60,883 nucleotides of DNA from Zoogloeaceae bacterium (GCA_031288305.1 JAITRP010000026.1:1-60883); one strand, 5' to 3'. Positions 9,369 through 22,829 are shown, numbered from the stretch's first letter. A program made the numbers and translations. The notes: a model not told the origin generated them from the letters alone.

Positions 9369-10994
9369 ATGATGACACTTTCCATTCGGGAATTCCACAG
9401 ACCAAAAAAGGTTTCACGGATCGGCGACGCGGCGCTATTGACCGTCGTCATCCTGGCGGGAACGGTTTTTCCGCGCCTGATGTTTCTGGGCTTGTTTCCC
9501 GCGTCGGACGAAGGTTATTACGCCTATGCCGCGCAACAGATTCACCACAGCCTTGTCAATGGGCAGGGCATTCCGGATTCCGGCGGACTTTCCTTGTATC
9601 CCATGTTGTGTTCATGGGTATTTTCCCTGCAATACAACCCCATGATTGCGTTGCGGCTGATTGACTTGGGCGTGGCCATTGTCATGGCGTTCTTGTGGTA
9701 CAAGGTATTGGCAAGAATATGTAATAACAACACGGGCGCGGCGTGCATCACCTTTATTTTTACCTTTACCCTGAATCAGTTCGGTTTTATTGAAAGTGGA
9801 TTCAAGAACAGCATTACCGTGGCTTTTGTGCCGCTGCTCCTGGCATTGTATATTGGAATAGGAGCAGTGCAGGAAAAGGAATCCGGAAACGCCTGGTGGA
9901 TGGCGGGCGCTTTGACGGCATTGTCTATTGTTTTCCGGGAAACCTTCGCTCCTTTTGCGCTGGTTGGACTGGTCAGCGTATTCATTGCGCAAGGCAGGAA
10001 AGCGGCTTTACAATTTTTTGTTGGCGGCATGGCGGCGGGCATCGCATTGGTCGGCGAAATTCTTCTTGCGCGCGGGGGAATAGCGGAAACCATCGCGCAC
10101 TATCGCGCGGCAGGTATCGTATTTGACGCCGTTTCGGGCCTGCGTCTGAAAAATTTCTATTCATATGGGTTGCAGGCCGCGTATTCTTCTTCCATCGCGC
10201 TGGCGTTCAGTGCATTATCCATCATGGTATCATCGATTGTCTTCTTCTTTCGTCGTGACCGGTCTCTTTTCTTGACCGTTGTTTTCTGGTTGTCTTTCAT
10301 TGGCGTTGCCCTGTTCGAGCCAGTAGTGAAAGTATGCTACCCCTACCATTTCACAATTTTATTCCCTGGTCTTTCCGGATTGTGTGCATTGGCGCTGCGC
10401 GAGATCATCCGGCTGTGGCCTGTCATGAAATGGGCGCATGGAAAAGTAAACAACATTCTTGTTGCGGCAGGCATCTTGTTGTCGACGATTTGGCTTTATT
10501 TTTCTTGTTCCATGCTGGCAATGATCTATTGGCCATTTACACTCGAAACATTGGTTGCCGCTCCCGGCGGAAAATGGCCGGAAAAATTCGTGCATCAATC
10601 AGAACTCTTGTTCATAGCAGCGGAAATCGAAAAGGTAATTCCTGAAAAGGGTACGCTCAGTATCATCATGCACATGCAAAGCCTATATCCATTGACAGGA
10701 CGCTTCCCGCCTTCGTATCGATTGAATGATCTGAGTACAACCGCAATTTTATTGCGGTTTTCCGTTCCGGCCATCCGGCAAGCTCTGCTGGATTGCGCGC
10801 CAGATGTCATTGTGTTCACAACGAAGGAGGACAGGTCTATATTTGAATCCATTCTTGCAACGGAGATTTATGAGCCAGTGGTGAAAATTCCATTCACCAG
10901 GAAAAAGATGGATCATTTTGACGGCGTGATGATTTTCCGTAAAACGCAAGAGACGGCCTGTCTTGAGGCTCAAGGGATGGCGGATTGGCTATAA
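9369..10994 (+). CDS. Integral-membrane glycosyltransferase-like protein (GT-C / ArnT-PMT-like)
   Basis: DEGYY motif after the first TM helix, more than 10 TM segments and a C-terminal soluble domain. AT-richer than its neighbours. Confidence 0.65.
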   Translation: MMTLSIREFHRPKKVSRIGDAALLTVVILAGTVFPRLMFLGLFPASDEGYYAYAAQQIHHSLVNGQGIPDSGGLSLYPMLCSWVFSLQYNPMIALRLIDLGVAIVMAFLWYKVLARICNNNTGAACITFIFTFTLNQFGFIESGFKNSITVAFVPLLLALYIGIGAVQEKESGNAWWMAGALTALSIVFRETFAPFALVGLVSVFIAQGRKAALQFFVGGMAAGIALVGEILLARGGIAETIAHYRAAGIVFDAVSGLRLKNFYSYGLQAAYSSSIALAFSALSIMVSSIVFFFRRDRSLFLTVVFWLSFIGVALFEPVVKVCYPYHFTILFPGLSGLCALALREIIRLWPVMKWAHGKVNNILVAAGILLSTIWLYFSCSMLAMIYWPFTLETLVAAPGGKWPEKFVHQSELLFIAAEIEKVIPEKGTLSIIMHMQSLYPLTGRFPPSYRLNDLSTTAILLRFSVPAIRQALLDCAPDVIVFTTKEDRSIFESILATEIYEPVVKIPFTRKKMDHFDGVMIFRKTQETACLEAQGMADWL

Positions 10995-11038
10995 GGATGC
11001 GTCAAGAAGCAACGCCCTGATTTTTGCCGCGGATCCAG

Positions 11039-11530
11039 TCAGCGGACCGGATTGTTTTCTTTCTCTTCCCATATACGCGCTCTGTATACGCGCTTGATTT
11101 GTTCGATGCCGCCGGACCAAAGGCCAAAATGTCCCGTGTTCTTCGCGTTGAAAACCCCTTCCATCACAACATAACTGTCATTATGCGGCAACAGGAATTG
11201 ATCGAAGAATTCATTGCGGGATCGCAGTTTCTCTTCTCCATCCCCTTCTTCCCAGTCATACCAATCCACCCAGATGCCATTCCTGGACAAGAAATGCATG
11301 GCATCGTCCCGATGCAGATAGAGCGCGTGTCCTTCAAATTCCAAGTGCATGAAACCGCTGACCAAAACGGTTTTGCCATGATATTTTTCCGGGTTGGCAA
11401 TCAACTGGATCAAGGAAACCAGCGCCATCTCCTCAGCGCGTTCTTCCACGCTCTCCTCCACGCGCTCTTCCGCGCCCGCCGTCATGACCATCAGGCACAG
11501 CGCGAGGAAAAGCAGAAGTTTCATGCGCAT
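11039..11530 (-). CDS. Exported conserved hypothetical protein
   Basis: GGGAG RBS before ATG 11530. Signal peptide, then VSLIQLIANPEKYHGKTV.V.G (OB-fold-like). Confidence 0.7.
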   Translation of the reverse strand: MRMKLLLFLALCLMVMTAGAEERVEESVEERAEEMALVSLIQLIANPEKYHGKTVLVSGFMHLEFEGHALYLHRDDAMHFLSRNGIWVDWYDWEEGDGEEKLRSRNEFFDQFLLPHNDSYVVMEGVFNAKNTGHFGLWSGGIEQIKRVYRARIWEEKENNPVR

Positions 11531-11568
11531 CGTTTGTCTCCCGAGAGGATAGCCGCCCTGCATTTTTT

Positions 11569-12390
11569 TCATTTCTGGCATTGCGGGCAATAAAAGCTGG
11601 AACGCCCGGATTGGCGAATCTGGCGAATGGGGTTGGCGCAGCGCGGGCAAGTCTGCCCGGCGCGACCGTAGACGGCGCAGCGCAACTGAAAACTGCCCGC
11701 GCCGCCATCGCTGTGCACATAATCGCGCACACTGCTGCCGCCCGCTTCAATGGCTTCTTGCAAGGTTTCCCGAATGGCAGGCGCAAGTTTCCGGATTTCT
11801 TGGGGACGAAGCCCGGCAGCCGGACGCAGCGGGGAAACAGCGGCGCGAAACAGGCTTTCCGCCGCGTAAATGTTGCCCACGCCGACAATTAGACGGGCGT
11901 TCATCAGAAGCGGCTTGATTGGCATCATGCGTCCTTTCAGCAATGCCGCCAGATAATTCGCCGTAAAAGCCTCCGACAGGGGTTCCACGCCCAGATGTTC
12001 AAGCAGCGGATGCGTTTCCGGCCGCTCGCCTTCCAGCCAGAGCGCCAGCCCAAAACGGCGCGGATCCTTGAAGCGCAGGACGGCGCGGGGAAAGCACAAG
12101 TCGAAATGATCATGCCGCCCCGCGGGCGTGCCTGGCGGCGCCAGGCGCAGGCTGCCGGACATGCCCAGATGCAGCAGCAGCCAGCCGTTTGCCGTCGGCC
12201 AGTGAAACAGCAGATACTTGCCGCGCCGGATGATGGCCGCCAGACGATGCCCCCTCAACCTCGCCGCCAAATCCTGCGGCATGGGCAGACGCAGGCTGGC
12301 GCGCCGCGCCAGGCAATCCACCACGGGTTCCTGCAACAAATGCGGCAACAGCCCCAGGCGGCTGACTTCGACTTCCGGGAGTTCAGGCAT
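11569..12390 (-). CDS. mutM: Formamidopyrimidine-DNA glycosylase
   Basis: MPELPEVE, HLGMSG, GVGNIYA and a C-terminal CPRC...CPQCQ zinc finger. Confidence 0.98.
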   Translation of the reverse strand: MPELPEVEVSRLGLLPHLLQEPVVDCLARRASLRLPMPQDLAARLRGHRLAAIIRRGKYLLFHWPTANGWLLLHLGMSGSLRLAPPGTPAGRHDHFDLCFPRAVLRFKDPRRFGLALWLEGERPETHPLLEHLGVEPLSEAFTANYLAALLKGRMMPIKPLLMNARLIVGVGNIYAAESLFRAAVSPLRPAAGLRPQEIRKLAPAIRETLQEAIEAGGSSVRDYVHSDGGAGSFQLRCAVYGRAGQTCPRCANPIRQIRQSGRSSFYCPQCQK

Positions 12391-12405
12391 GGCGAGGACG
12401 GAAAA

Positions 12406-12960
12406 TCAGGACGCCGCCGCCCGCGCGGCGTAAATCGCGGGCAGGTTGCGCCATGCGCCGCAGATGTCCATGCCGAAGCCGAAGACGAAGCGGTCGGGGA
12501 CGGCAAGGCCGACGAAATCGGCCTGGACGGGCTTGGCGCGCCCGGTGATCTTTTCCACGAATACCGCCGTCAGCACGCGCCTTGCGCCCATTTGCCGGAT
12601 GCGCTCGCGGATGGTGGACAGGGTGGCGCCCTCATCGAGAATGTCATCGACCACCAGCACGACGCGCTCCTTGAGGTCTATCCACGGGCCGCTACGCCAG
12701 ACGAGCTTGTTGTGGCCGCTGGTATTCGCGCCATAGCGGCTGGCATGCAGGTAATCGAAATCCAGCGGAAAATCGAGCCGTTGCAGGAGTTCGCCAACAA
12801 AAGGCACCGCGCCGCTCATCACGCACAACACCACCGGATTTTCTTTTGCCAATTCCGCCTTTATACGCGCCGCCACTTGCTGGAGCGCGTTTTGCACCGC
12901 GGTTTCCGAATGGATCAGTTCGGCGTCTTTCAAAAGCGCCAGAGCTTCTTCACGGTTCAT
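12406..12960 (-). CDS. hpt: Hypoxanthine-guanine phosphoribosyltransferase
   Basis: VLVVDDILDEGATL PRPP-binding motif, FVFGFGMD and WRNLPAIY. Confidence 0.93.
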   Translation of the reverse strand: MNREEALALLKDAELIHSETAVQNALQQVAARIKAELAKENPVVLCVMSGAVPFVGELLQRLDFPLDFDYLHASRYGANTSGHNKLVWRSGPWIDLKERVVLVVDDILDEGATLSTIRERIRQMGARRVLTAVFVEKITGRAKPVQADFVGLAVPDRFVFGFGMDICGAWRNLPAIYAARAAAS

Positions 12961-12978
12961 GCCTCTTTCCTGAACGGT

Positions 12979-13842
12979 TCAAAGGGTTTTCAAATACGCG
13001 CCAAAGGCCGCGCCCACATCGGGGTGGCGCAGGCCAAACACGACCGAGGCTTGCAGGTAGCCCAGCTTGGAACCGCAATCATAGCGTGTACCCGCGTAAC
13101 GATAGGCCAATATCCGTTCTTTTGCCATCAGCGCGGCAATCCCGTCCGTCAGCTGAATTTCGCCGCCCGCGCCCGGCCGGCCAGTTCCCAGATGGTGAAA
13201 GATTCGCGGCGAAAGCACGTAACGTCCCACCACGGCAAGATTGGAAGGCGCTTCTTCCGGCGTCGGCTTTTCCACGATGGCGCTCACCTGCTCGACCCGT
13301 CCGGCAAGCGAACGCGAAGCGACGATGCCATAACTGGCCGTCTCCGCCTGCGGCACTTCCTGCACCGCCAACAGGGAAGAATGGTATTCATCATAAACAT
13401 CCATCATTTGCTTCAGCACCGATGGCCGCGCGTCCAGCAAGTCGTCGGCGAGGATCACGGCAAAAGGCTCGTCGCCCACCACTTCCTTGGCGCAGAGCAC
13501 CGCGTGCCCCAGTCCCAACGCCTCGGCCTGGCGGATATAGACGCAATGCACCGAACGCGGCAGGATGTTTTTCACGACCATGAGCATCTCGGTCTTGCCT
13601 TTTTTTTCCAGTTCGGTTTCCAGTTCGAACGCCTTGTCGAAGTGATCCTCGATCGCCCGCTTGCTGCGCCCGGTGACGAAAATCAGTTCCGTAATCCCCG
13701 CAGCCACCGCTTCTTCGACCGCGTACTGAATCAATGGCTTATCGACTATCGGCAACATTTCCTTTGGACTGGCCTTGGTCGCCGGCAAAAACCGCGTCCC
13801 CAACCCCGCCACGGGAAATACCGCCTTGCGAATCTTCTTCAT
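12979..13842 (-). CDS. galU: UTP--glucose-1-phosphate uridylyltransferase
   Basis: [26 protein letters not shown] and [17 protein letters not shown] before ATG 13842. Confidence 0.98.
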   Translation of the reverse strand: MKKIRKAVFPVAGLGTRFLPATKASPKEMLPIVDKPLIQYAVEEAVAAGITELIFVTGRSKRAIEDHFDKAFELETELEKKGKTEMLMVVKNILPRSVHCVYIRQAEALGLGHAVLCAKEVVGDEPFAVILADDLLDARPSVLKQMMDVYDEYHSSLLAVQEVPQAETASYGIVASRSLAGRVEQVSAIVEKPTPEEAPSNLAVVGRYVLSPRIFHHLGTGRPGAGGEIQLTDGIAALMAKERILAYRYAGTRYDCGSKLGYLQASVVFGLRHPDVGAAFGAYLKTL

Positions 13843-13866
13843 GTCCTTCTCTCCTGTCAATGCATG

Positions 13867-14282
13867 CGTCAAAAAGTAAAAACCACTTTCCGCCGGTTTA
13901 TCTTGAGGTTTGAAAAACCAGGAAAAGCCTGGCTTCAAACCGTGTAATTCCCTTTTCAAATCATCCGTGACGTTGTCGACTTCGCCTTGCCGTGCTGCAC
14001 GGTCTGTGGCTCGTTTTCGCGTCGCGAATGACCTGGAAATGGAATAACCCCAACGAAAAAATCGTCCGGCCTGCGCGGTTTCGTAGGCGCGCGCTCTTCT
14101 GCGCCCGCAACCCAATCCGCCGCGTGACGCGTGACGGTCAACGGGCGCGCGCAGTGCGCCCCTACGACCGGGCAGACGGGCGATAGCGGGTTCTCATTGC
14201 CTTTACTCCCAAAAAGGGCGAGCTTCGCTTGCCCTTTTTTGCTGATCCGAACCGGCAAGAAGCGGCTTTTTACTTTTTGCCG
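13867..14282. mobile_element. Repeat family R4: MITE-like element with ~30-bp TIR (CGTCAAAAAGTAAAAA...), long copy
   Basis: Ends CGTCAAAAAGTAAAAACCACTTTCCGCCGG and CCGGCAAGAAGCGGCTTTTTACTTTTTGCCG. Internal blocks are shared with 22844-23041. Confidence 0.75.
14081..14167. repeat. GTAG-type REP doublet (REPIN-like) nested in R4
   Basis: TCGTAGGCGCGCG...GCGCCCG and the inverted CGGGCGCGCGCAGTGCGCCCCTACGA. Confidence 0.7.
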
Positions 14283-14290
14283 CCTCCGCA

Positions 14291-17153
<2,863 letters not shown>

Positions 17154-17244
17154 TCATTCTTGCCACATCGCTACTAGTCCGTCATGCTGAATGAACCATA
17201 TGAAACTCAAAATGCCTGAACTGAAGACAGGGCAAACGCTTTTG

Positions 17245-17370
17245 TCCCCCTCCCCCCCTTGCGGGGGAGGGGTCAGGGGAGAGGGGAAGCCACGGTTCAA
17301 CGGCTTTGCTCTTTTGATCTGCTCCTCTCCCGGCGCTGCGCGCCACACTCCCCCACAAGGGGGGAGGGAC
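17245..17370. repeat. Inverted pair of GC-rich palindromes (CTCCCCC.CAAGGGGGGAGGG type)
   Basis: TCCCCTCCCCCCCTTGCGGGGGAGGGG and CTCCCCCACAAGGGGGGAGGGA in opposite orientation. Confidence 0.7.
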
Positions 17371-17454
17371 AGGAGGACTTCCGGCGGGCAGTCACGCCAA
17401 ATTTGCGTCGATTCGACGTGACGGACTACCACGCTCCGAAGAGACGAGGCTGGC

Positions 17455-17624
17455 GAGCGCACGGGTTTTCCTCCCCCTGACAAGGAGGGATTGAGGGGGG
17501 TTTGCGGCGGACAGGTCTGCATCAGACCTTGGTTCCTGTTTCCCTGCCGCAAACCCCTCCCTCCCCTTCTCAGGGAAAAGTGTTCGGCCACGCTTCGTTG
17601 AAGGCAAGTTATTGACATGACATT
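17455..17624 (+). repeat. Repeat family R2, copy b
   Basis: CCCCCTGACAAGGAGGGATTGAGGGGGG...ATCAGACCTTGGTTCCTGTT...GCCGCAAACCCCTCC...ATTGACATG. Confidence 0.85.
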
Positions 17625-17672
17625 TTCCGCTTTCAGTTGCGCCTGTTCCTTTTCGTCTCTTGCGCGAAACGC

Positions 17673-18908
17673 CTAGCGGAACAACCTGCGCGCCAGCGCG
17701 CCGCCGGGGGAGAGACCGGCTTCTTCCATGCGTTTCTGGATGCCGACGACGTAGTTCTGGCAAATCTGCGCCAGTTGCGCCTCGGAAAGCGGTTGGCGCC
17801 GATCATCGATCAATATGCCGTCCAGTGTGTCGGCAAAGCGCCTGGCGGCATCAATCATCTGCCAATAGACATATTGGCCATGCGGCGTGACGGGGACATC
17901 CAGCAAAAAGACCAGAGCATTGCTGCGCAGGTTTTTCAGCTCATCCGCGACAAAAACCCTGCCTTCGGCATTTTGCAACGAAAAGAGCGGCACATCCGTT
18001 TTTTCCTCGCGGCGCACATAGAGGCCATTTTCCAGCGCCATGCCCGATGCTTCCGCCAGCGCCCGGATTTTGGTGCCGGGGAAAGGGGATTCCCGACTGA
18101 CGAGATTCACGCCAATCTGGATATCGGATTCATAGCAGAACCGTTCCAACTGTTGCGCCTGATCCAGCGTCGCCTGACGATCCGGCAACGGCTCGGCCAC
18201 CACCATGTGCGCCTTCGCCGCCTGACGCACGACGCGAGTAAACAGCGCGAATTCGCCCGCGCCCACCGGTCCGCTTTCGCGATCGGTGAGTTGCAGGCCC
18301 AGGCGCAGACGCCGATATGCCGCGCGGCACTCCGGCGTCAGCAATTCCCACTTGCCTTTTGCCTCGTTCAATCCCACCCAGCGCAGCAACTTCTGGCTGC
18401 GCGGCGGCATGTCCTGCAAAAACGCCAGCATCTCCCCAGCGGGAGCCGCCTCCACCAGTTCCAGCGCCGCGACGACATCGATGCCGCTCCAGAGCAATTC
18501 ACGCGGCGGCTCGGCGGGAAAGGCGGAAAGCGCATTGGCGTCATCATCGCCTGCCGCCTCCGGCGCTTCGCCTTTTCTATCCCCCTCCTCGCCCTCCAGC
18601 GCCTCGTCCTCCATCTCGTCTTCCTCCTCGAAACCGTCTTCCGCCTTCGGCGCGAGGGAAGCGGCAAAAAAGCGCGGCTCCTGGCGCTCCGGCGGCGTCA
18701 GGCCGTCGCCGTTTTCCGGCGCGGGGGAAGCGGCGCGCGCGTTGCGGCGGAAAAGGACATCCGCGTTGTCGCCGGATTCCGCGCGCGTCGACGGGAACAT
18801 ACGCTCCGCCATCTTGCGATGCCGGATTTCCTGCCACTTGTTGTACGCCAGCACGCCGGCGATCAGTACGCCGCCCAGCGCAAGGACGCCTATCTGCAAT
18901 TCGTTCAT
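17673..18908 (-). CDS. zipA: Cell division protein ZipA-like (C-terminal FtsZ-binding domain)
   Basis: N-terminal TM (YNKWQE), acidic linker, FLLDVP and C-terminal PGGALARRLF. Located between smc and ligA. Confidence 0.85.
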   Translation of the reverse strand: MNELQIGVLALGGVLIAGVLAYNKWQEIRHRKMAERMFPSTRAESGDNADVLFRRNARAASPAPENGDGLTPPERQEPRFFAASLAPKAEDGFEEEDEMEDEALEGEEGDRKGEAPEAAGDDDANALSAFPAEPPRELLWSGIDVVAALELVEAAPAGEMLAFLQDMPPRSQKLLRWVGLNEAKGKWELLTPECRAAYRRLRLGLQLTDRESGPVGAGEFALFTRVVRQAAKAHMVVAEPLPDRQATLDQAQQLERFCYESDIQIGVNLVSRESPFPGTKIRALAEASGMALENGLYVRREEKTDVPLFSLQNAEGRVFVADELKNLRSNALVFLLDVPVTPHGQYVYWQMIDAARRFADTLDGILIDDRRQPLSEAQLAQICQNYVVGIQKRMEEAGLSPGGALARRLFR

Positions 18909-21900
18909 CAGGATTCCTCTCTCATCTTCAAGGCTGCCTCCATATCCACCTCCACCACACGGGAAACGCCGGATTCCTGCATGGTCACGCCCACCAGTTG
19001 ACTTGCCATTTCCATGGCAATCTTGTTGTGGCTAATAAACAAAAACTGGGTCTGCCCGGACATTTTCTTCACCATCTGACAAAAGCGTTCGGTATTGGAA
19101 TCATCCAGCGGCGCGTCCACTTCGTCCAGCAGACAAAACGGCGCCGGGTTCAACAAGAACAGGGAGAATACCAAAGCAATCGCCGTCAGCGCCTTTTCGC
19201 CGCCCGACAAAAGGTGAATGGTGGAATTTTTTTTGCCCGGCGGTTGCGCGAATACCTGGACGCCGGCATCGAGGATTTCCTCGCCCGTCATCACCAGCGC
19301 CGCCCGCCCGCCGCCAAAAAGCTCCGGAAACAGGCGTCCGAAGTGCTCATTGACCGCGGTGAAAGTGCCTTGCAGCAACTGGCGCGTTTCCCGATCGATG
19401 CGACGGATGGCGTCTTCCAGCGTCTCCATCGCTTCCACGAGATCGGCGGCCTGCGCGTCCAGATAGCCCTTGCGCGCGCGGGCGGCTTCCAGTTCCTCCA
19501 GGGCGGCCAGGTTGACCGCGCCCAGGTCGTGGATGGCTTTCTGCAGCGTCTCGATGTCCTGGAGGAGCGCCTGCGGTCGCGCCGGATTGGCGGCCAGCGC
19601 GATGGAGAGCGCGACTTCGTCGGCGCCGGCTTCCCGCAATTGCGCCGCCAGTTGCGCCGCGCTCAGGGCGGCGGCCTGCTCCTTCAAGCGCAAATCGCCG
19701 ACGCGTTTGCGCAAGGGATCCAGGGATTGTTCGATCTTCAGACGTTCCTCTTCCAGCGCGCGCAGGGCGGTGGCGGCCTCTTCCATGCCATTGCGCCGCG
19801 CCGCCAGATCCGCCTCCCGCAGGATTTTTTTTTCCAGCGCCTCCTGCAAGGCTTCGGCAAACATTTCCGGCGGCGCGTCCGTCTCCTGCGCGCGACAGGC
19901 GGCCATGTCCGCCGCGACGCGCTGCGTCTCGCGCCGCGCCAAGGCAAGACTGGCGGCGATTTCCGTCAATTTTCCCGCGCATTCGCGCTGCGAGAATTCG
20001 GCCTCACGCGCCTCGCGCTCAATGGCCGCCGCCTGTTCGCGCGCGTCATTCAAGGCGCGTTCCGCCGCTTCCAGCCGGACGCGCGCCGCGCTTTCCGCCG
20101 CGCGTCCGCTTTCCGTCCGCGCCCGCAACGACGCAAGGCTTTCTTCGATGGCGGCGGCGCGCTCGCCCTCGATCTGCGCTTCCCGCTCCAATTCCGTCCT
20201 CTGCGCGTTCCGCCGATCCACATCCGCCTGATGCCGCTCCAGCGCCTGGGCATGTTTCAGGGCTTCCACCTGCGCGGCATGCACGCGTACCTGTAACGCG
20301 CCCTGTTCGCGGCGCAAGGCGTTGGCCTTCTCCTGCCTGGCGCGGCAGTCCGCATCCAGCCGCGCCAGTTCCGCGCGGCTTATATCTGTCGCCTGCCGCA
20401 GACGCGCGCCTTCTTCTTTTAGCGCCTCGATTTCCCGCTGCCGCTCCAGCAGGCCATGCTCCGCCGCGTCAGGCGCGAACAGGGAAAGCGCCTGGCGTTC
20501 CACCATGTCGCCCGCCCGCGTCACCCAACGACATCCCGGCGGCAGGCTCGTTCGCGCCGCCAGCGCCGCCGAAAGATTTTCCGCCACGAGCGAGCGACCC
20601 AGCCACGCCGCCAGCAAAGGCCGCCACGCGGCGTCTTCCGCTTCCACTTGCAGGAACAGGCTGTTTGCCGCCATATCCGCGGGCGGCGCGTCCATATCAT
20701 GCGGCAAGCGCAATGTCAGCCTGCCGCCGGGACGATTTTCCGCCCAATGCGCGGCCTCTCCCATGGCTTCCCGCGTTGCCGGAAGCGCCCCGATGCGCTC
20801 GCGCAACACCGCCTCCACCGCCGTTTCCCACCCCGGCTTTACCCGCAGGGCGCGCCACAAGGGCATGGCGCCGGCAAGGCCGTAACGCTGCAACCATTGC
20901 GGCAGATTGCCTGCCTGCGCCGCCGTCTTTTGCACCTTTGTCAAGACCTGGAGGCGCGCTTCGATGGCGGCGGATTCCAGCATCTTGGCTTCCAGGCGCG
21001 CGGCAAGCGTTTGCCGTTCGGCTTCTTGCCGCGGCAACTGCTCCTGTTCCGCGCGCAGACGCGCTTCCACTTCCACAAGCTCCGCCCGCATGCTTGCCAG
21101 TTCGGCTTCCTTCTCCGCCAACGCCGATTTTTCCGGCGCGATCTGCGCCGCCGCTTCCTGCCGCAGAAGCTCCCGCCGCTGCCGCAAGCCCTGCAGATTG
21201 CGCTCGACATGCGTCCGGTGCGTCTGTTCCACCTGCAACGCCTGTTCCGCGCGCGCCGCTTCCCCGCGCAGGCGATCCGCCTCGGCGCGCGCCGCTTCCT
21301 GCTCCGCCCTGGCCTGCCGCAAGGTCTGCGCGCCGGCTTCCTGCCGTTCTCCGGCCGCCTGCCGGCGCGCATCCGCCAGATCGCGCAAGGATTCCCAGCG
21401 CGCCTCATCGCTTGTCAGTTCTTCCGCCCGTTCCCGCCAGTGCGCCTCTTCGCTCGCCAATTGCGTCAGCCGCGCCGCCAGTTGCCGCTCGATTTCCTGA
21501 CGATGACGAATTTCGGCTTCCAGCCTCGTCACCTCGGCATTGACCGAATACAGGGCGCTCTGCGCCTGATGCACGGCATCGCTCGCCGCAAAATGCGTTT
21601 CACGCGCCAGGAGAAGCGTCGCCTCCGTTTCGCGCAGCGCGGCGGCCGTCGCTTCCAGTTCCGCGTCGGCGCGCGCCGCTTCCAGCGCCAGCTTCTGCTG
21701 TCCGGACTGCGCCTCGTTCTTGCGCGTCAGCCACAAGAACTGCTGCTTTTGCGTCAGATCCGCGGTAAATAGCTGATACTGCCGCGCCACATCCGCCTGC
21801 GCGTTCAGTTTTTCCATCTGCGCCGACAATTCCAGGCGGATATCCTCTACTCTTGCAAGATTTTCCCGCGTATCTTCCAGCCGGCCTTCCGTTTCTTTCC

Positions 21901-22429
21901 TGCGTTCCTTGTAGCGCGTCACGCCCGCGGCTTCTTCGAGAAAGACGCGCAGATCGTCCGGACGCGCCTCGATGACGCGCGAAATCATCCCCTGACCGAT
22001 GATGGCGTACGCCCTTGGCCCCAGGCCGGTGCCAAGGAAGAGATCGGTAATGTCCTTGCGGCGCACCTTCAGGTTGTTGATGAAGTAATCCGACTGGCCG
22101 TTGCGCGTCAGCACCCTTTTTACCGAGAGTTCGGCGTACTGGCTCCACTGTCCCAGGGCGCGGCCGGAGGCATTGTCGAATACCAGTTCCACCGAGGCGC
22201 GCGCTACCGGTTTCCGGTCGCTCGTGCCGTTGAAAATCACATCCTGCATGGATTCGCCGCGCAACTCCGATGCCCTGGATTCCCCCAGCACCCAGCGCAC
22301 CGCATCGATGATGTTCGACTTGCCGCAACCATTCGGCCCCACCACGCCCGCCAACTGCCCCGGGAAAGCCACGGTGACAGGATCGACAAAAGACTTGAAT
22401 CCGGCAAGTTTGAGTTTGGTTAAGCGCAT
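18908..22429 (-). CDS. smc: Chromosome segregation protein SMC
   Basis: GFKSF, Walker A GPNGCGKSN, coiled coils and hinge, LSGGEK, LLDEVDAPLD. Confidence 0.99.
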   Translation of the reverse strand: MRLTKLKLAGFKSFVDPVTVAFPGQLAGVVGPNGCGKSNIIDAVRWVLGESRASELRGESMQDVIFNGTSDRKPVARASVELVFDNASGRALGQWSQYAELSVKRVLTRNGQSDYFINNLKVRRKDITDLFLGTGLGPRAYAIIGQGMISRVIEARPDDLRVFLEEAAGVTRYKERRKETEGRLEDTRENLARVEDIRLELSAQMEKLNAQADVARQYQLFTADLTQKQQFLWLTRKNEAQSGQQKLALEAARADAELEATAAALRETEATLLLARETHFAASDAVHQAQSALYSVNAEVTRLEAEIRHRQEIERQLAARLTQLASEEAHWRERAEELTSDEARWESLRDLADARRQAAGERQEAGAQTLRQARAEQEAARAEADRLRGEAARAEQALQVEQTHRTHVERNLQGLRQRRELLRQEAAAQIAPEKSALAEKEAELASMRAELVEVEARLRAEQEQLPRQEAERQTLAARLEAKMLESAAIEARLQVLTKVQKTAAQAGNLPQWLQRYGLAGAMPLWRALRVKPGWETAVEAVLRERIGALPATREAMGEAAHWAENRPGGRLTLRLPHDMDAPPADMAANSLFLQVEAEDAAWRPLLAAWLGRSLVAENLSAALAARTSLPPGCRWVTRAGDMVERQALSLFAPDAAEHGLLERQREIEALKEEGARLRQATDISRAELARLDADCRARQEKANALRREQGALQVRVHAAQVEALKHAQALERHQADVDRRNAQRTELEREAQIEGERAAAIEESLASLRARTESGRAAESAARVRLEAAERALNDAREQAAAIEREAREAEFSQRECAGKLTEIAASLALARRETQRVAADMAACRAQETDAPPEMFAEALQEALEKKILREADLAARRNGMEEAATALRALEEERLKIEQSLDPLRKRVGDLRLKEQAAALSAAQLAAQLREAGADEVALSIALAANPARPQALLQDIETLQKAIHDLGAVNLAALEELEAARARKGYLDAQAADLVEAMETLEDAIRRIDRETRQLLQGTFTAVNEHFGRLFPELFGGGRAALVMTGEEILDAGVQVFAQPPGKKNSTIHLLSGGEKALTAIALVFSLFLLNPAPFCLLDEVDAPLDDSNTERFCQMVKKMSGQTQFLFISHNKIAMEMASQLVGVTMQESGVSRVVEVDMEAALKMREES

Positions 22430-22502
22430 CAGGGAGAAGCGTCAGGATTTGGGAAGGGGGGATTGTAACTTGCCATGCCCAGGCGCGGACGGGCATGTCG
22501 AA

Positions 22503-22754
22503 TCACTCCCCTTCGGGCGGGGACGCGGGCGCCTGGGCAGAGAGGGCGGCTTCCAGCGCGGCGTTGTGTTGTGCCGAAATCGCCTGTATTTCCTCCAGGC
22601 TTTCTTGCGTCTTTTCCATTTTCTGCCGGGCGCTCTTGGCTTCCTCGGCTCTCAGCTCGCCCACGGTAGCCGCCGTGGTCACCACTTCCACGCCACAGGC
22701 GGAAAGCAACAGAGCGCCAAGGAACAGCGCCGCCCTCCATGCGGTAGTCTTCAT
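22503..22754 (-). CDS. Small lipoprotein
   Basis: MKTTAWRAALFLGALLLSAC lipobox, GAGGGAGG RBS and a short coiled coil. Confidence 0.75.
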   Translation of the reverse strand: MKTTAWRAALFLGALLLSACGVEVVTTAATVGELRAEEAKSARQKMEKTQESLEEIQAISAQHNAALEAALSAQAPASPPEGE

Positions 22755-22829
22755 TCTTTCCTCCCTCGAAGAAAATTCACGCGCGCAGTATACCGCCCTT
22801 GCCGGGCATGCGGACGCCTTGACAGCGAA

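Noticed and set aside
11995-13947. 650-aa plus-strand ORF
   Set aside because: Antisense to mutM, hpt and galU.
13843-14115. Long N-terminal extension of galU (likewise efeB from 28190, glnK from 53928, rpsO from 4267, lipoprotein from 23847)
   Set aside because: Open frames through repeats or promoter DNA. Downstream starts fit the family N-termini, most with a clear RBS.
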